From NCBI GenBank assembly GCA_937899865.1, contig CALBRH010000011.1:1-33151 (forward strand): a stretch of DNA of 33,151 nt, read 5' to 3'. Positions 8,934-16,987 of this stretch are shown in pieces. Every line of letters begins with the position of its first letter. The first letter of the stretch is position 1. The DNA is from an uncultured euryarchaeote (lineage in GTDB: Archaea; Thermoplasmatota; Poseidoniia; Poseidoniales; Poseidoniaceae). The position numbers and the translations under genes were made by a program. The notes under the pieces were generated by a model. That model was not told the DNA's origin. It saw only the letters and a list, made by a program, of their open reading frames with translations, and did not search any database.

Positions 8934-9902
8934 TCATTCGAGTCCCATGAAATCGCCCATGGTCTCCCAAGCCTCGAAACTTACTAAGTAAGCAAGTAAT
9001 GACATCTGAGCCCACATACGATTTTCTGCTTGGTCGAAGACAATAGAATTATCATGATCCATTACCCAATCAGTAACTTCATCTCCTCGGTGGGCAGGTA
9101 AGCAATGCATAAACTTCCAATCATCATTCATGTTACTCACTAATTTTTCATTAACTTGAAATCCTTCGAAAGACTTCATTTTATCCTTCATGTGCTCTTC
9201 GCCCATTGAAATAAAAACATCAGTATATACTACATCAGCACCAGTAACCGCTTCAACTGGATCGTTAGTAACAATAACTTTACTACCATTTTTATCAGCC
9301 AAATCCTTAGTTCTTTGAACAACATCCTCTGCTGGCTCATAACCTTCAGGAATTGCATAATGGATATCTATTCCAAGCATGGCACAAGCAAGCATCAAAT
9401 CATGTAGTACATTGTTTCCATCGCCAACCCAAGCAACCTTCAGGCCTTCTAAATCAGTGCAATGTTCTAAAACAGTCATCAAATCTGCTGCTGCTTGACA
9501 TGGGTGGTGCTTATCTGAAAGTGCATTCAATACTGGAACATCAGCATATTTAGCTAACTCTGCAACATCGTCATGCGAAAAACACCGATAGGTCATAGCA
9601 CCCAAAAATCTTGACAAAACTTGTGATGTATCTCCGACCGTTTCTGATTTTCCTAACTGAATATCATTCTTCAGTAGAGTTAATGGATATCCTCCCAATC
9701 TATTGATGCCAACTTCGAAGGATACTCTCGTCCTAGTACTCGGCTTCTCATAGATTGAACCAACTGCTAGCGTATCAAGTGGTAAGAAATTGATTGCAAC
9801 ATCATCTCCCTCTTTCCAAAGTCTCTTGAATTCAATTGCCCATTTGAGAATCATCTCAAAGTCTTGTTCTACATCATCGATTGCCAATAAATGTCTTGTC
9901 AT
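8934..9902 (-). CDS. argF: Ornithine carbamoyltransferase
   Basis: STRTR, HPCQ, GDGNN, DVFISMG (SMG loop) and MHCLP motifs. Confidence 0.95.
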   Translation of the reverse strand: MTRHLLAIDDVEQDFEMILKWAIEFKRLWKEGDDVAINFLPLDTLAVGSIYEKPSTRTRVSFEVGINRLGGYPLTLLKNDIQLGKSETVGDTSQVLSRFLGAMTYRCFSHDDVAELAKYADVPVLNALSDKHHPCQAAADLMTVLEHCTDLEGLKVAWVGDGNNVLHDLMLACAMLGIDIHYAIPEGYEPAEDVVQRTKDLADKNGSKVIVTNDPVEAVTGADVVYTDVFISMGEEHMKDKMKSFEGFQVNEKLVSNMNDDWKFMHCLPAHRGDEVTDWVMDHDNSIVFDQAENRMWAQMSLLAYLVSFEAWETMGDFMGLE

Positions 9903-9947
9903 GAACCTTCGAGTTCAAGGCGGCTTCTAAGATTTCTTGAATGAAAA

Positions 9948-10766
9948 TCAATTTCTTTCGTGTTCTATATCTTGAGCAAAACCATCTCTTGCATCACCCA
10001 TTCCGCCGAATAAGGCTTGAGCAAAAGTAAGTACATCTGCAAGCCCTTCTTCTAGCTCTGATGATAGTGGAGTTAATCCTGGTGCTTGAGCAAATTCTTG
10101 CATCATTCTAAGTTGATTGATAGCAAATTCTGTTCTTTGACCACCAGCCTCATCGTAAAGTGCCATCTCAAGGATTTCTAATCGTTCGGACCACTCAAGG
10201 ATTTTTTCTAATTCCTCAGGTTCAAGAAGATCTGACTTTGAAAGAAAGTTCTTGGTTGGAAGACCTAATCTAAATTCAACAATACTCGACAAAAGCATCT
10301 GTGAAACAAACCCAGATGGTGAGCGTGAAAGCATAGGATCAAAGAGATAGATTATCGCTGATTGGTTTCTACCAAGCACCTCAATCAAGTGGTTACTTGC
10401 TTCTCTGAAGGCAAATAATTCAACTTGTCCAGGAGTATCGACTATCATCAATTCACCTGACAAAGCATGTAATTGTTCTGCAACATCACCTGCTTGAGCA
10501 GCCAGCAAATCAGCGGCTAAAATTTGAGCACCATTAGGTCCCAAATCATATTCAGTCATTACCTCTGTCAATGATATTAGATCTCTTACATCAAATTCAG
10601 CATCATAGTGAACTCTTTCTGCTCCAGGGTCTAAGTTTACTGCGATTGCATCGGTTTCCAAAAAACGTGACCAGCGTTGAAATGCAGTTACTAAAGATGA
10701 CTTTCCAGCACCAGCTGTACCGACAACGAAGATTACAGGAGGAGTACCACTATCAAGACCGACCAT
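9948..10766 (-). CDS. GPN-loop GTPase
   Basis: GTAGAGKS P-loop, NLDPG, LGPNG (GPN loop), DTPGQVELF, SKSD. ATG at 10766 preferred over TTG at 10772. Confidence 0.92.
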   Translation of the reverse strand: MVGLDSGTPPVIFVVGTAGAGKSSLVTAFQRWSRFLETDAIAVNLDPGAERVHYDAEFDVRDLISLTEVMTEYDLGPNGAQILAADLLAAQAGDVAEQLHALSGELMIVDTPGQVELFAFREASNHLIEVLGRNQSAIIYLFDPMLSRSPSGFVSQMLLSSIVEFRLGLPTKNFLSKSDLLEPEELEKILEWSERLEILEMALYDEAGGQRTEFAINQLRMMQEFAQAPGLTPLSSELEEGLADVLTFAQALFGGMGDARDGFAQDIEHERN

Positions 10767-10923
10767 GTTCAACGCTTTTGCGCCTCATAAATCAAGTTGC
10801 TTATTACTACCAACAAATATGTCATAAATTGACCTTTTTTTGTCAAACCTTTGGCCATAATAGTTATGTGCTACGCACAAATGGCAGAACTGCCGCATTG
10901 TTATTTTGCGCGGAGGAATCAAA

Positions 10924-13821
10924 ATGTCAGAAGAAGAACCGCCTATGCCCCCTGGATTGCCACCTATGCCACCTATGCCACCTATGCCACCTGCTGATGC
11001 ACCTTTAGATGCACCACCGGCACCGCTAGGTATGCCACCTATGCCACCAATGCCTCCTATGGACGGGCCACCGGCTCCTCCTGAAATGCCACCAATGGAA
11101 GAAGAACATGAGTCTGAGGATTCTTCTGAAGAATCTGCAGAACCAATGATGGATGATGCTCCTACTCCTCCTGAAATGCCACCAATGCCTCCTATGGACG
11201 GGCCACCGGCTCCTCCTGAAATGCCGCCAATGCCTCCAATGGACGGACCACCGGCTCCTCCTGAAATGTCAGCTGCTGACGTACTACTTGCTCCACCGGC
11301 TCCACCTGAGATGCCACCTATGGATGCACCACCTGCGCCTCCTGAAGTTTCTGCTGCCGACCTTTTGTTAGCTCCACCAAGCCCTGCTGAAGAATCTACT
11401 GATGAAGAAGTAGAAACTTCACCTGCTGATTTACTACTTTCTCCAAATGCAGACATACCTGCTGAAGAAAGTGAAGCTGAGCAAGAAAATATGTCACCTG
11501 ATGACTTGTCTGGCGAACAAGCTGGAGCAACAATTAGATCAAGAGATGAGGTAGAAAAGGTACCTGGTGACAAACTTGAAGGAAGCCTACATGAAGTTGA
11601 AACTGCAACACTAACTTCTGATGGAGAAATTGTTAAGCAATCTGTTAAAGGTACTTTGACAATTAATAATCCATCAAGTGATGACAGAATTTACGACATT
11701 GATGTAATCTTAGACAATGCTGAATCAACCGATATCGGTGGAGACCATGTTTCTGTCGATGAACTTGAAGCTGGCAAGAATTACAGCATGAAATATAAGG
11801 TTGAAGGAATGCGATTAATGGCCCTTAGAGAACGCCTTGACACTAATCCTGCAAGATCTCAAGAGCGCTCTTTATCTGTTTCACATGGTGAAGAAGGAGG
11901 CCCAATTGCTCTTGAAATAGAGGTTGAGAATTTATCTTCAGTAAACTTAGAAAACGTTGAAGTTAGTAGACCTATTCCAAGTGAAATTACTTTTGAAAAC
12001 ACTGGAGATGCCACACTTGAAGGAAGTACATTGGCTTGGAATGTTGGTACACTCTCGCCTGGCGAAAAGCAGGTTTTAGCAATAGAAGGAAGAATTGTTG
12101 TAACCGGAACCAAGACTATCAAAGCAGGTTCAGCATCAGCAACTTATACCGCAGATTCAACTCTATCCAATTTGAACTTTAGAGAACTAGATGCATTCTG
12201 CCGAGGATTTACCTACATGAGAGTAAGAGAAGATGAAAGACCAGATAACTGGATTTGTAAAACTATTTTCGAAAACCGCTCATCTTTCGCTGTCGACCTA
12301 GTCAAGTTACAGGTTAGAATGAAAGGTAGCAATGAGTTGCTATTTGATGTTCATGATGTTGAGCAAGATGTACTACCTAACGGGAAGTGGGAATCTGAAG
12401 AAAGAACTGTTGTAGCAACTTCTGAGCCAGATTTCACCTATGACCTATCTTACACAATCCTACCTCATGCTGTAAGATCTACTGAAGGTTCAATGAAGCT
12501 TCAAGAAAGTTCATTTGATGTACTTGAAGCAGATGTCAAAAAGAGTTACTCAACATCTGGATTAAGGTCATACAGAAACCAAAAAGTTGGTGCTTCAATA
12601 ACATTAGCCAATAATGGTTCAGCAACAATCAACCTGATGAGAATCACCGATGATATTCCTGGACTTTTCGATGCACCTGACCTTGAAACAATGAAAATAA
12701 ATGTTGCTGGTAAAGAACTTGACCCGGAACAATACAAAGCAGAAATTAGCAGTGGAATCACTCTTGAGAAAGAGCACAAATCTCCTGATGGGGATGGCCA
12801 TACAATGACCATGACTATTGGAACTAGAGGACCTCTTGGATTAGAACCTGGTAAAGAGATTACAATTAGTTATGATTTGATTGCTCCAGACCCATCTCCT
12901 CAAAATGAGAAGGTAGTTGCACCGCTTAGAGCAGAATTCAGTGCAGAAAGATTCGGACCAGTATGTGGTAGAGATTGTGCTGATGCTCCATCGATTAAGG
13001 TAATTCACAATAGAAGAGATTTCTCCGCTGGTAAGCAAGCAATTCCACTAGGTGGAAAAGGTCGCTATGAAGTATTGATTTTGTTCGAGAACAATGGCGA
13101 TACTGCATTACAGGACATCTATATCAATGATGTAATTCCAACTAATTTTGAAATTAAGGATTGGTATATCAAGGGTGCTAATGGAAAGCGCGATGATTGT
13201 GAAATAACTACCGAAGAAGTTGACTCTGGAACCCAAGCAAGTTGGATGGTCCCAATGGTAGGAAAGGGTGAGAGATTGGAAGTTTGCTTTGAAATCAAAG
13301 GTAATGGTGAAGTTGACGGTGACGTTTTGAATAAGTTCCACGGTGTACACTTTGGAGATGAAATTGAATCTGATGATTTACCTGAAACCATTTCTGAGGA
13401 AGATCCTGTTGAAGAAGCATCCTCCGACGATGATACAACTGATGCCGCAGATGAATCTGAAGATAAACCTAAGGTCACTTGGAGAGAAGATGTTCTATTG
13501 AGAGTAATGGATGCTCATAACATAGATGTAGAGCATAGAGATGCATTTGTTGAGCATGCGGTAAACTTCGATGCAGATGATAATGGATATTTGAAGAAGG
13601 CTGAACTTGAAGATGCTGCTAAGGCATGGAATGAACAGTCTACAGGTGATGATGCTGAAGAAGTTGAAACTGTTGAAGAAGAAGTCGAAGCTGCTGAAGA
13701 AGTCGTAGAAGAACCAAGTGAGGCACCTGAGGGTGGAAAAGCATGCCCAGTATGCCCTACAACATGTGCTGATGATGCTGATACTTGTGCAACCTGCGGA
13801 TTTTCTTTCGCTGACTTGTGA
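10924..13821 (+). CDS. 965-aa multidomain cytoplasmic protein: Pro/Met-rich repeats, putative mu-homology-like domain, about three Ig/DUF11-like domains, EF-hand, C-terminal Zn ribbon
   Basis: Long open frame with SD GGAGG before ATG 10924. No signal peptide or TM seen. Canonical EF-hand loop DADDNGYLKKAE (13570-13605). CPVC...CATC Zn ribbon (13744-13797). The domain calls are motif-based inference. Confidence 0.9.
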   Translation: MSEEEPPMPPGLPPMPPMPPMPPADAPLDAPPAPLGMPPMPPMPPMDGPPAPPEMPPMEEEHESEDSSEESAEPMMDDAPTPPEMPPMPPMDGPPAPPEMPPMPPMDGPPAPPEMSAADVLLAPPAPPEMPPMDAPPAPPEVSAADLLLAPPSPAEESTDEEVETSPADLLLSPNADIPAEESEAEQENMSPDDLSGEQAGATIRSRDEVEKVPGDKLEGSLHEVETATLTSDGEIVKQSVKGTLTINNPSSDDRIYDIDVILDNAESTDIGGDHVSVDELEAGKNYSMKYKVEGMRLMALRERLDTNPARSQERSLSVSHGEEGGPIALEIEVENLSSVNLENVEVSRPIPSEITFENTGDATLEGSTLAWNVGTLSPGEKQVLAIEGRIVVTGTKTIKAGSASATYTADSTLSNLNFRELDAFCRGFTYMRVREDERPDNWICKTIFENRSSFAVDLVKLQVRMKGSNELLFDVHDVEQDVLPNGKWESEERTVVATSEPDFTYDLSYTILPHAVRSTEGSMKLQESSFDVLEADVKKSYSTSGLRSYRNQKVGASITLANNGSATINLMRITDDIPGLFDAPDLETMKINVAGKELDPEQYKAEISSGITLEKEHKSPDGDGHTMTMTIGTRGPLGLEPGKEITISYDLIAPDPSPQNEKVVAPLRAEFSAERFGPVCGRDCADAPSIKVIHNRRDFSAGKQAIPLGGKGRYEVLILFENNGDTALQDIYINDVIPTNFEIKDWYIKGANGKRDDCEITTEEVDSGTQASWMVPMVGKGERLEVCFEIKGNGEVDGDVLNKFHGVHFGDEIESDDLPETISEEDPVEEASSDDDTTDAADESEDKPKVTWREDVLLRVMDAHNIDVEHRDAFVEHAVNFDADDNGYLKKAELEDAAKAWNEQSTGDDAEEVETVEEEVEAAEEVVEEPSEAPEGGKACPVCPTTCADDADTCATCGFSFADL
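10959..10992 (+). repeat. 9-bp tandem repeat GCCACCTAT x3.8 (PPM peptide repeat)
   Basis: Direct reading of the sequence. Confidence 0.9.
11041..11265 (+). repeat. Three copies of a 45-bp coding repeat (MPPMPPMDGPPAPPE)
   Basis: Copies at 11041-11085 and 11176-11220 are identical. The copy at 11221-11265 differs by three synonymous changes. Confidence 0.92.
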
Positions 13822-13827
13822 ACAAAA

Positions 13828-14250
13828 TCACATTGTTGGCAAAGACCAGTTTGGCCAAACCTCGCTTTGAGAATCACTAGATACTATTACGATCACTTGT
13901 CTAGGAATACTAGACAAAAATTGCTCAATTGGAGTAGTAGTTGATGGAGGCATAATTCCGTCCCTAAGATCTACTGCAAGCCAGGCATCTGGATATTGTT
14001 CCATCCAAGCATTTAGTTCAGCCTCAATGCCTTGAGGAGGCACTCCTTGTCTTACGCTCGCCAAAAACTCCCAGCCATTGATACAATGTCTTTCCTCATC
14101 TGTCCACATGAATACTCTTGGCTGATTTGGCAATAATGAGATTTGTTCAATTGCCTCTAACTGTGTTACACAAACCGGCTGAAATGGCATAGGCATCGGT
14201 AGTGGATGTTTCCAATTGGAGTCAACTTCAAGCGGTTCCTTGCGGCGCAT
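13828..14250 (-). CDS. Hypothetical protein (140 aa)
   Basis: Open frame with protein-like composition filling the gap between genes, with GGTGG upstream of the ATG. No family recognised. Confidence 0.72.
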   Translation of the reverse strand: MRRKEPLEVDSNWKHPLPMPMPFQPVCVTQLEAIEQISLLPNQPRVFMWTDEERHCINGWEFLASVRQGVPPQGIEAELNAWMEQYPDAWLAVDLRDGIMPPSTTTPIEQFLSSIPRQVIVIVSSDSQSEVWPNWSLPTM

Positions 14251-14357
14251 GTGGCCACCTATGATGGTTCATGGTTTGAACATCACGGCTCGATGATTGA
14301 TTAGAGAAGGTAAAAATCAATGCCAACCTTCATGCCCTTGGTTAAATTACGGCCACC

Positions 14358-15284
14358 ATGGCAAACAGTAACACTCCTCCACCTCAGCCGCCTGGTGGTT
14401 CGATGATGATGATGCTAATGGTCATGATTTTGATGACTTTGCTAATTATGAATCCAGGTATTAGGTCAACAATGGGTGGGATAGCTGACCCAATATTATC
14501 ACCGGTTCTACCTGAAGAATCCTTTTTCATCATGACGGTGTTAATACTCGGAACTTTTTCCATGTTGATGAATACGATATTGCGAAGTTTTTTCCTCGAT
14601 CCTATTGAACAGGCTCACATAGGACATCGTCAAGGTCAAATTAGGAGAATGATGAATGATGCAAGGATTTCACGTGACCCAATATTGCAAGAAAAAGCAA
14701 CAATAATGCAACAACAAATGATGCCAGAGCAATTGAAAGTGCAGATGGGTGCAATGAAACCAATGATGTTTACCATGATCATAATTATCGCAGTATTTTC
14801 GTGGTTGACTACAACTGTAGAAACATTTAGAGTTGATTATGTATCTTTACCGTGGGCATCTGAATGGAATCTACTATCTGACAAATTCTTGTTTTTCCCA
14901 GCATGGATTTGTGCCTATATCTGTATGAGTGCCCCTTTTGGCAGAGTTGTAGATAGGCACATTAAGTTGTTCAGATACAGAAGTCATCCAGTAGTTAATT
15001 CGGGAGAAAAACTGAAAGAGCCTTTGCTTCACTTAGTTGCAAACCAAGGGAAATCTGTTGACAAAAACGCTCAAAGAAGAAGACAGAGAAGTAAGTCCCA
15101 ATCAAAGAAAAAGGCTAATTCAAAGAAAACTGAAAAGACCGAGACTACTAAAAATACCAAAAATAAATCAAAAACCTACTCCAGTGTACAAGGACTTACC
15201 TGTCCGGAATGCGGTAGTGACATGATCAGTAAAGCAGGACCACGAAAGAAAAAATGTGATGTTTGCCGGCACCAATGGGTGTGA
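14358..15284 (+). CDS. DUF106 / EMC3-TMCO1 family (archaeal Oxa1-superfamily insertase) with a Lys/Arg-rich tail and C-terminal Zn ribbon
   Basis: TM, coiled coil (QQQMMPEQLKVQ), MKPMMFTMIIII..FSWL, LPW and W..YI.MS pattern. Lies immediately upstream of cmk, the usual archaeal context. Confidence 0.85.
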   Translation: MANSNTPPPQPPGGSMMMMLMVMILMTLLIMNPGIRSTMGGIADPILSPVLPEESFFIMTVLILGTFSMLMNTILRSFFLDPIEQAHIGHRQGQIRRMMNDARISRDPILQEKATIMQQQMMPEQLKVQMGAMKPMMFTMIIIIAVFSWLTTTVETFRVDYVSLPWASEWNLLSDKFLFFPAWICAYICMSAPFGRVVDRHIKLFRYRSHPVVNSGEKLKEPLLHLVANQGKSVDKNAQRRRQRSKSQSKKKANSKKTEKTETTKNTKNKSKTYSSVQGLTCPECGSDMISKAGPRKKKCDVCRHQWV

Positions 15285-15286
15285 TT

Positions 15287-15820
15287 ATGAATAAAGTTAC
15301 CATTTCAGGACACCCTGGAAGTGGTACATCTACACTAGTTGAGGGACTAAAGAATAATTTCGGATGGAAGTCGATTAATGGAGGAGAAATCTTCCGTAAT
15401 GAAGCAAAAAATCGTGGAGTTAGTTTAGCAGAATTTGGACAAATTTGTTCAGAAGATGAATCTGTAGATTTGCAACTGGATGATATACTTAGGCAGCATA
15501 TTGCTGATAATTCAATCAACATTGTAGAATCAAGATTAGCAGGATGGTGGGCTTACAAAATGAAAAGTGATTGTATTAGAATTTGGCTCAAAGTTTCAGA
15601 GCATGAAAGAGCAAATAGAGTCACTAATAGGGAAGGTATTTCGCTTGAAGAAGCAAAAAAAGCTAATGCGAAAAGACTGATGGTAGATAATGAAAGATAT
15701 CAAAAAATGTACGATTTAACTCCCGATGACCCTACCCCTTATACCCATATTATTGATGCAACAGATATCACAGCACAACAGGTACTGGAAAAAGTGATTG
15801 CAATATTAGGTGATTATTAG
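15287..15820 (+). CDS. cmk: Archaeal cytidylate kinase
   Basis: ITISGxPGSG-like VTISGHPGSGTST, GEIFR, VESRLAGW, R..RV..REG, RYQKMY, IIDAT. Confidence 0.92.
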   Translation: MNKVTISGHPGSGTSTLVEGLKNNFGWKSINGGEIFRNEAKNRGVSLAEFGQICSEDESVDLQLDDILRQHIADNSINIVESRLAGWWAYKMKSDCIRIWLKVSEHERANRVTNREGISLEEAKKANAKRLMVDNERYQKMYDLTPDDPTPYTHIIDATDITAQQVLEKVIAILGDY

Positions 15821-16780
15821 ATGGCAAGAGTAAGATTAGGGGAAGAATCAAAATCATCTAGTCACGGACTAGACCCTGAAAACTTGACTATTGAACAACT
15901 TCTTGCTTCTGGTTTCATACTTTTAGATAAACCTCCAGGCCCCACATCTCATCAAATTGCTTCTTGGGTCAGAGATATGCTTGGCCTAGAAAAACTTGGA
16001 CATGGAGGAACACTTGACCCATTTGCTACAGGAGTATTGCCCTTGATGGCTGGTAAATCAATGAAATTGACCAAGGGTATTTTGAAAACCGATAAAACTT
16101 ACATTGCGGTTTTGAAATTCGCTGAAAAACCAAAACTTGAGCAATTGAATGATGTCATCAACAAGTTAACTGGGCGTATTTACAATGTGCCACCTGAAAT
16201 TTCTGCCGTTAAAGTTCAAGTTAGAACAAGAAAAATCTATCACTTTGAATTGATTGAATTAGCAGAGAAAGAAGCAATTGTAAAAATCATTTGTGAAGCT
16301 GGAACATACATTAGAACAATTGCTCGTGATATGGGGCTTTTGCTAGGTTACAAAGTTGATCTAAAAGAACTGAGAAGAGAAAATTCTGGCAGATTTACTC
16401 TTGCAGACTGTGTCACTTTACAGCAAATTGCTGATGCTATTTGGTTATGGAAAGAATGTGATAATCCAGCAGCAATGAATAAAATTATTCATCCAACAGA
16501 AAAATTGCTACTTGACAAACCATATATTATTGTCAAAGACAGTGCAGCAAGTGCACTCTGCCATGGCGCACCTTTGCTTAGACCTGGGCTGATTGAGGTA
16601 AGTGATAAATTAACAAGTGGACTTGAAGTAGCAGCATTTACCTCAAAAAATGAAATTGTTGGAATAGTAAAGATGAGTAAAGGTTTCACTGAAATATCCT
16701 CAACAACCAATGGCGAAATAGGTAAACCTGCTATGATCTTGATGGAGCAGGAAAGATATCCTCCTCAATGGAATAAATGA
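15821..16780 (+). CDS. cbf5: H/ACA RNA-guided / tRNA pseudouridine synthase Cbf5 (TruB family, with PUA domain)
   Basis: LDKPPGPTSHQ, GHGGTLDP (catalytic Asp), CEAGTYIR and C-terminal PUA (ALCHGAPLLRPG). Confidence 0.95.
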   Translation: MARVRLGEESKSSSHGLDPENLTIEQLLASGFILLDKPPGPTSHQIASWVRDMLGLEKLGHGGTLDPFATGVLPLMAGKSMKLTKGILKTDKTYIAVLKFAEKPKLEQLNDVINKLTGRIYNVPPEISAVKVQVRTRKIYHFELIELAEKEAIVKIICEAGTYIRTIARDMGLLLGYKVDLKELRRENSGRFTLADCVTLQQIADAIWLWKECDNPAAMNKIIHPTEKLLLDKPYIIVKDSAASALCHGAPLLRPGLIEVSDKLTSGLEVAAFTSKNEIVGIVKMSKGFTEISSTTNGEIGKPAMILMEQERYPPQWNK

Positions 16781-16987
16781 CCTAAGTCAAGCTTCAACAT
16801 ACTCTTCGTAGATATATTCCTCTGTTTCTATTCTTAATTTCAATTCTGACATGTTCCCACATCCACTTTGTCAACCTTAGTTGAACGACCCCCACAGTCT
16901 CAAAGTAAACTCTCCTTTTACATAACACATATCAAATTATAGGGTTATTTTGACATTATCCGACAATAGATATTTGAAAAATTAAAC

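Noticed and set aside
11041-11265. 45-bp direct repeats as a possible CRISPR array
   Set aside because: The copies are in frame within a CDS, two are directly adjacent with no spacer, differences are synonymous, and no cas genes are present.
10785-11573. 262-aa Gly/Ser-rich ORF on the minus strand (GGIGG repeats)
   Set aside because: It is the antisense reading of the PPM/PPA codon repeats of the 965-aa gene, and has no SD or independent features.
16820-16905. Minus-strand frame reading *DCGG...TCQN* that might be CxxU with UGA readthrough
   Set aside because: It has no start, the spacing does not give two proper CxxC/U pairs, a TAA follows immediately, and no SECIS or Sec machinery is visible.
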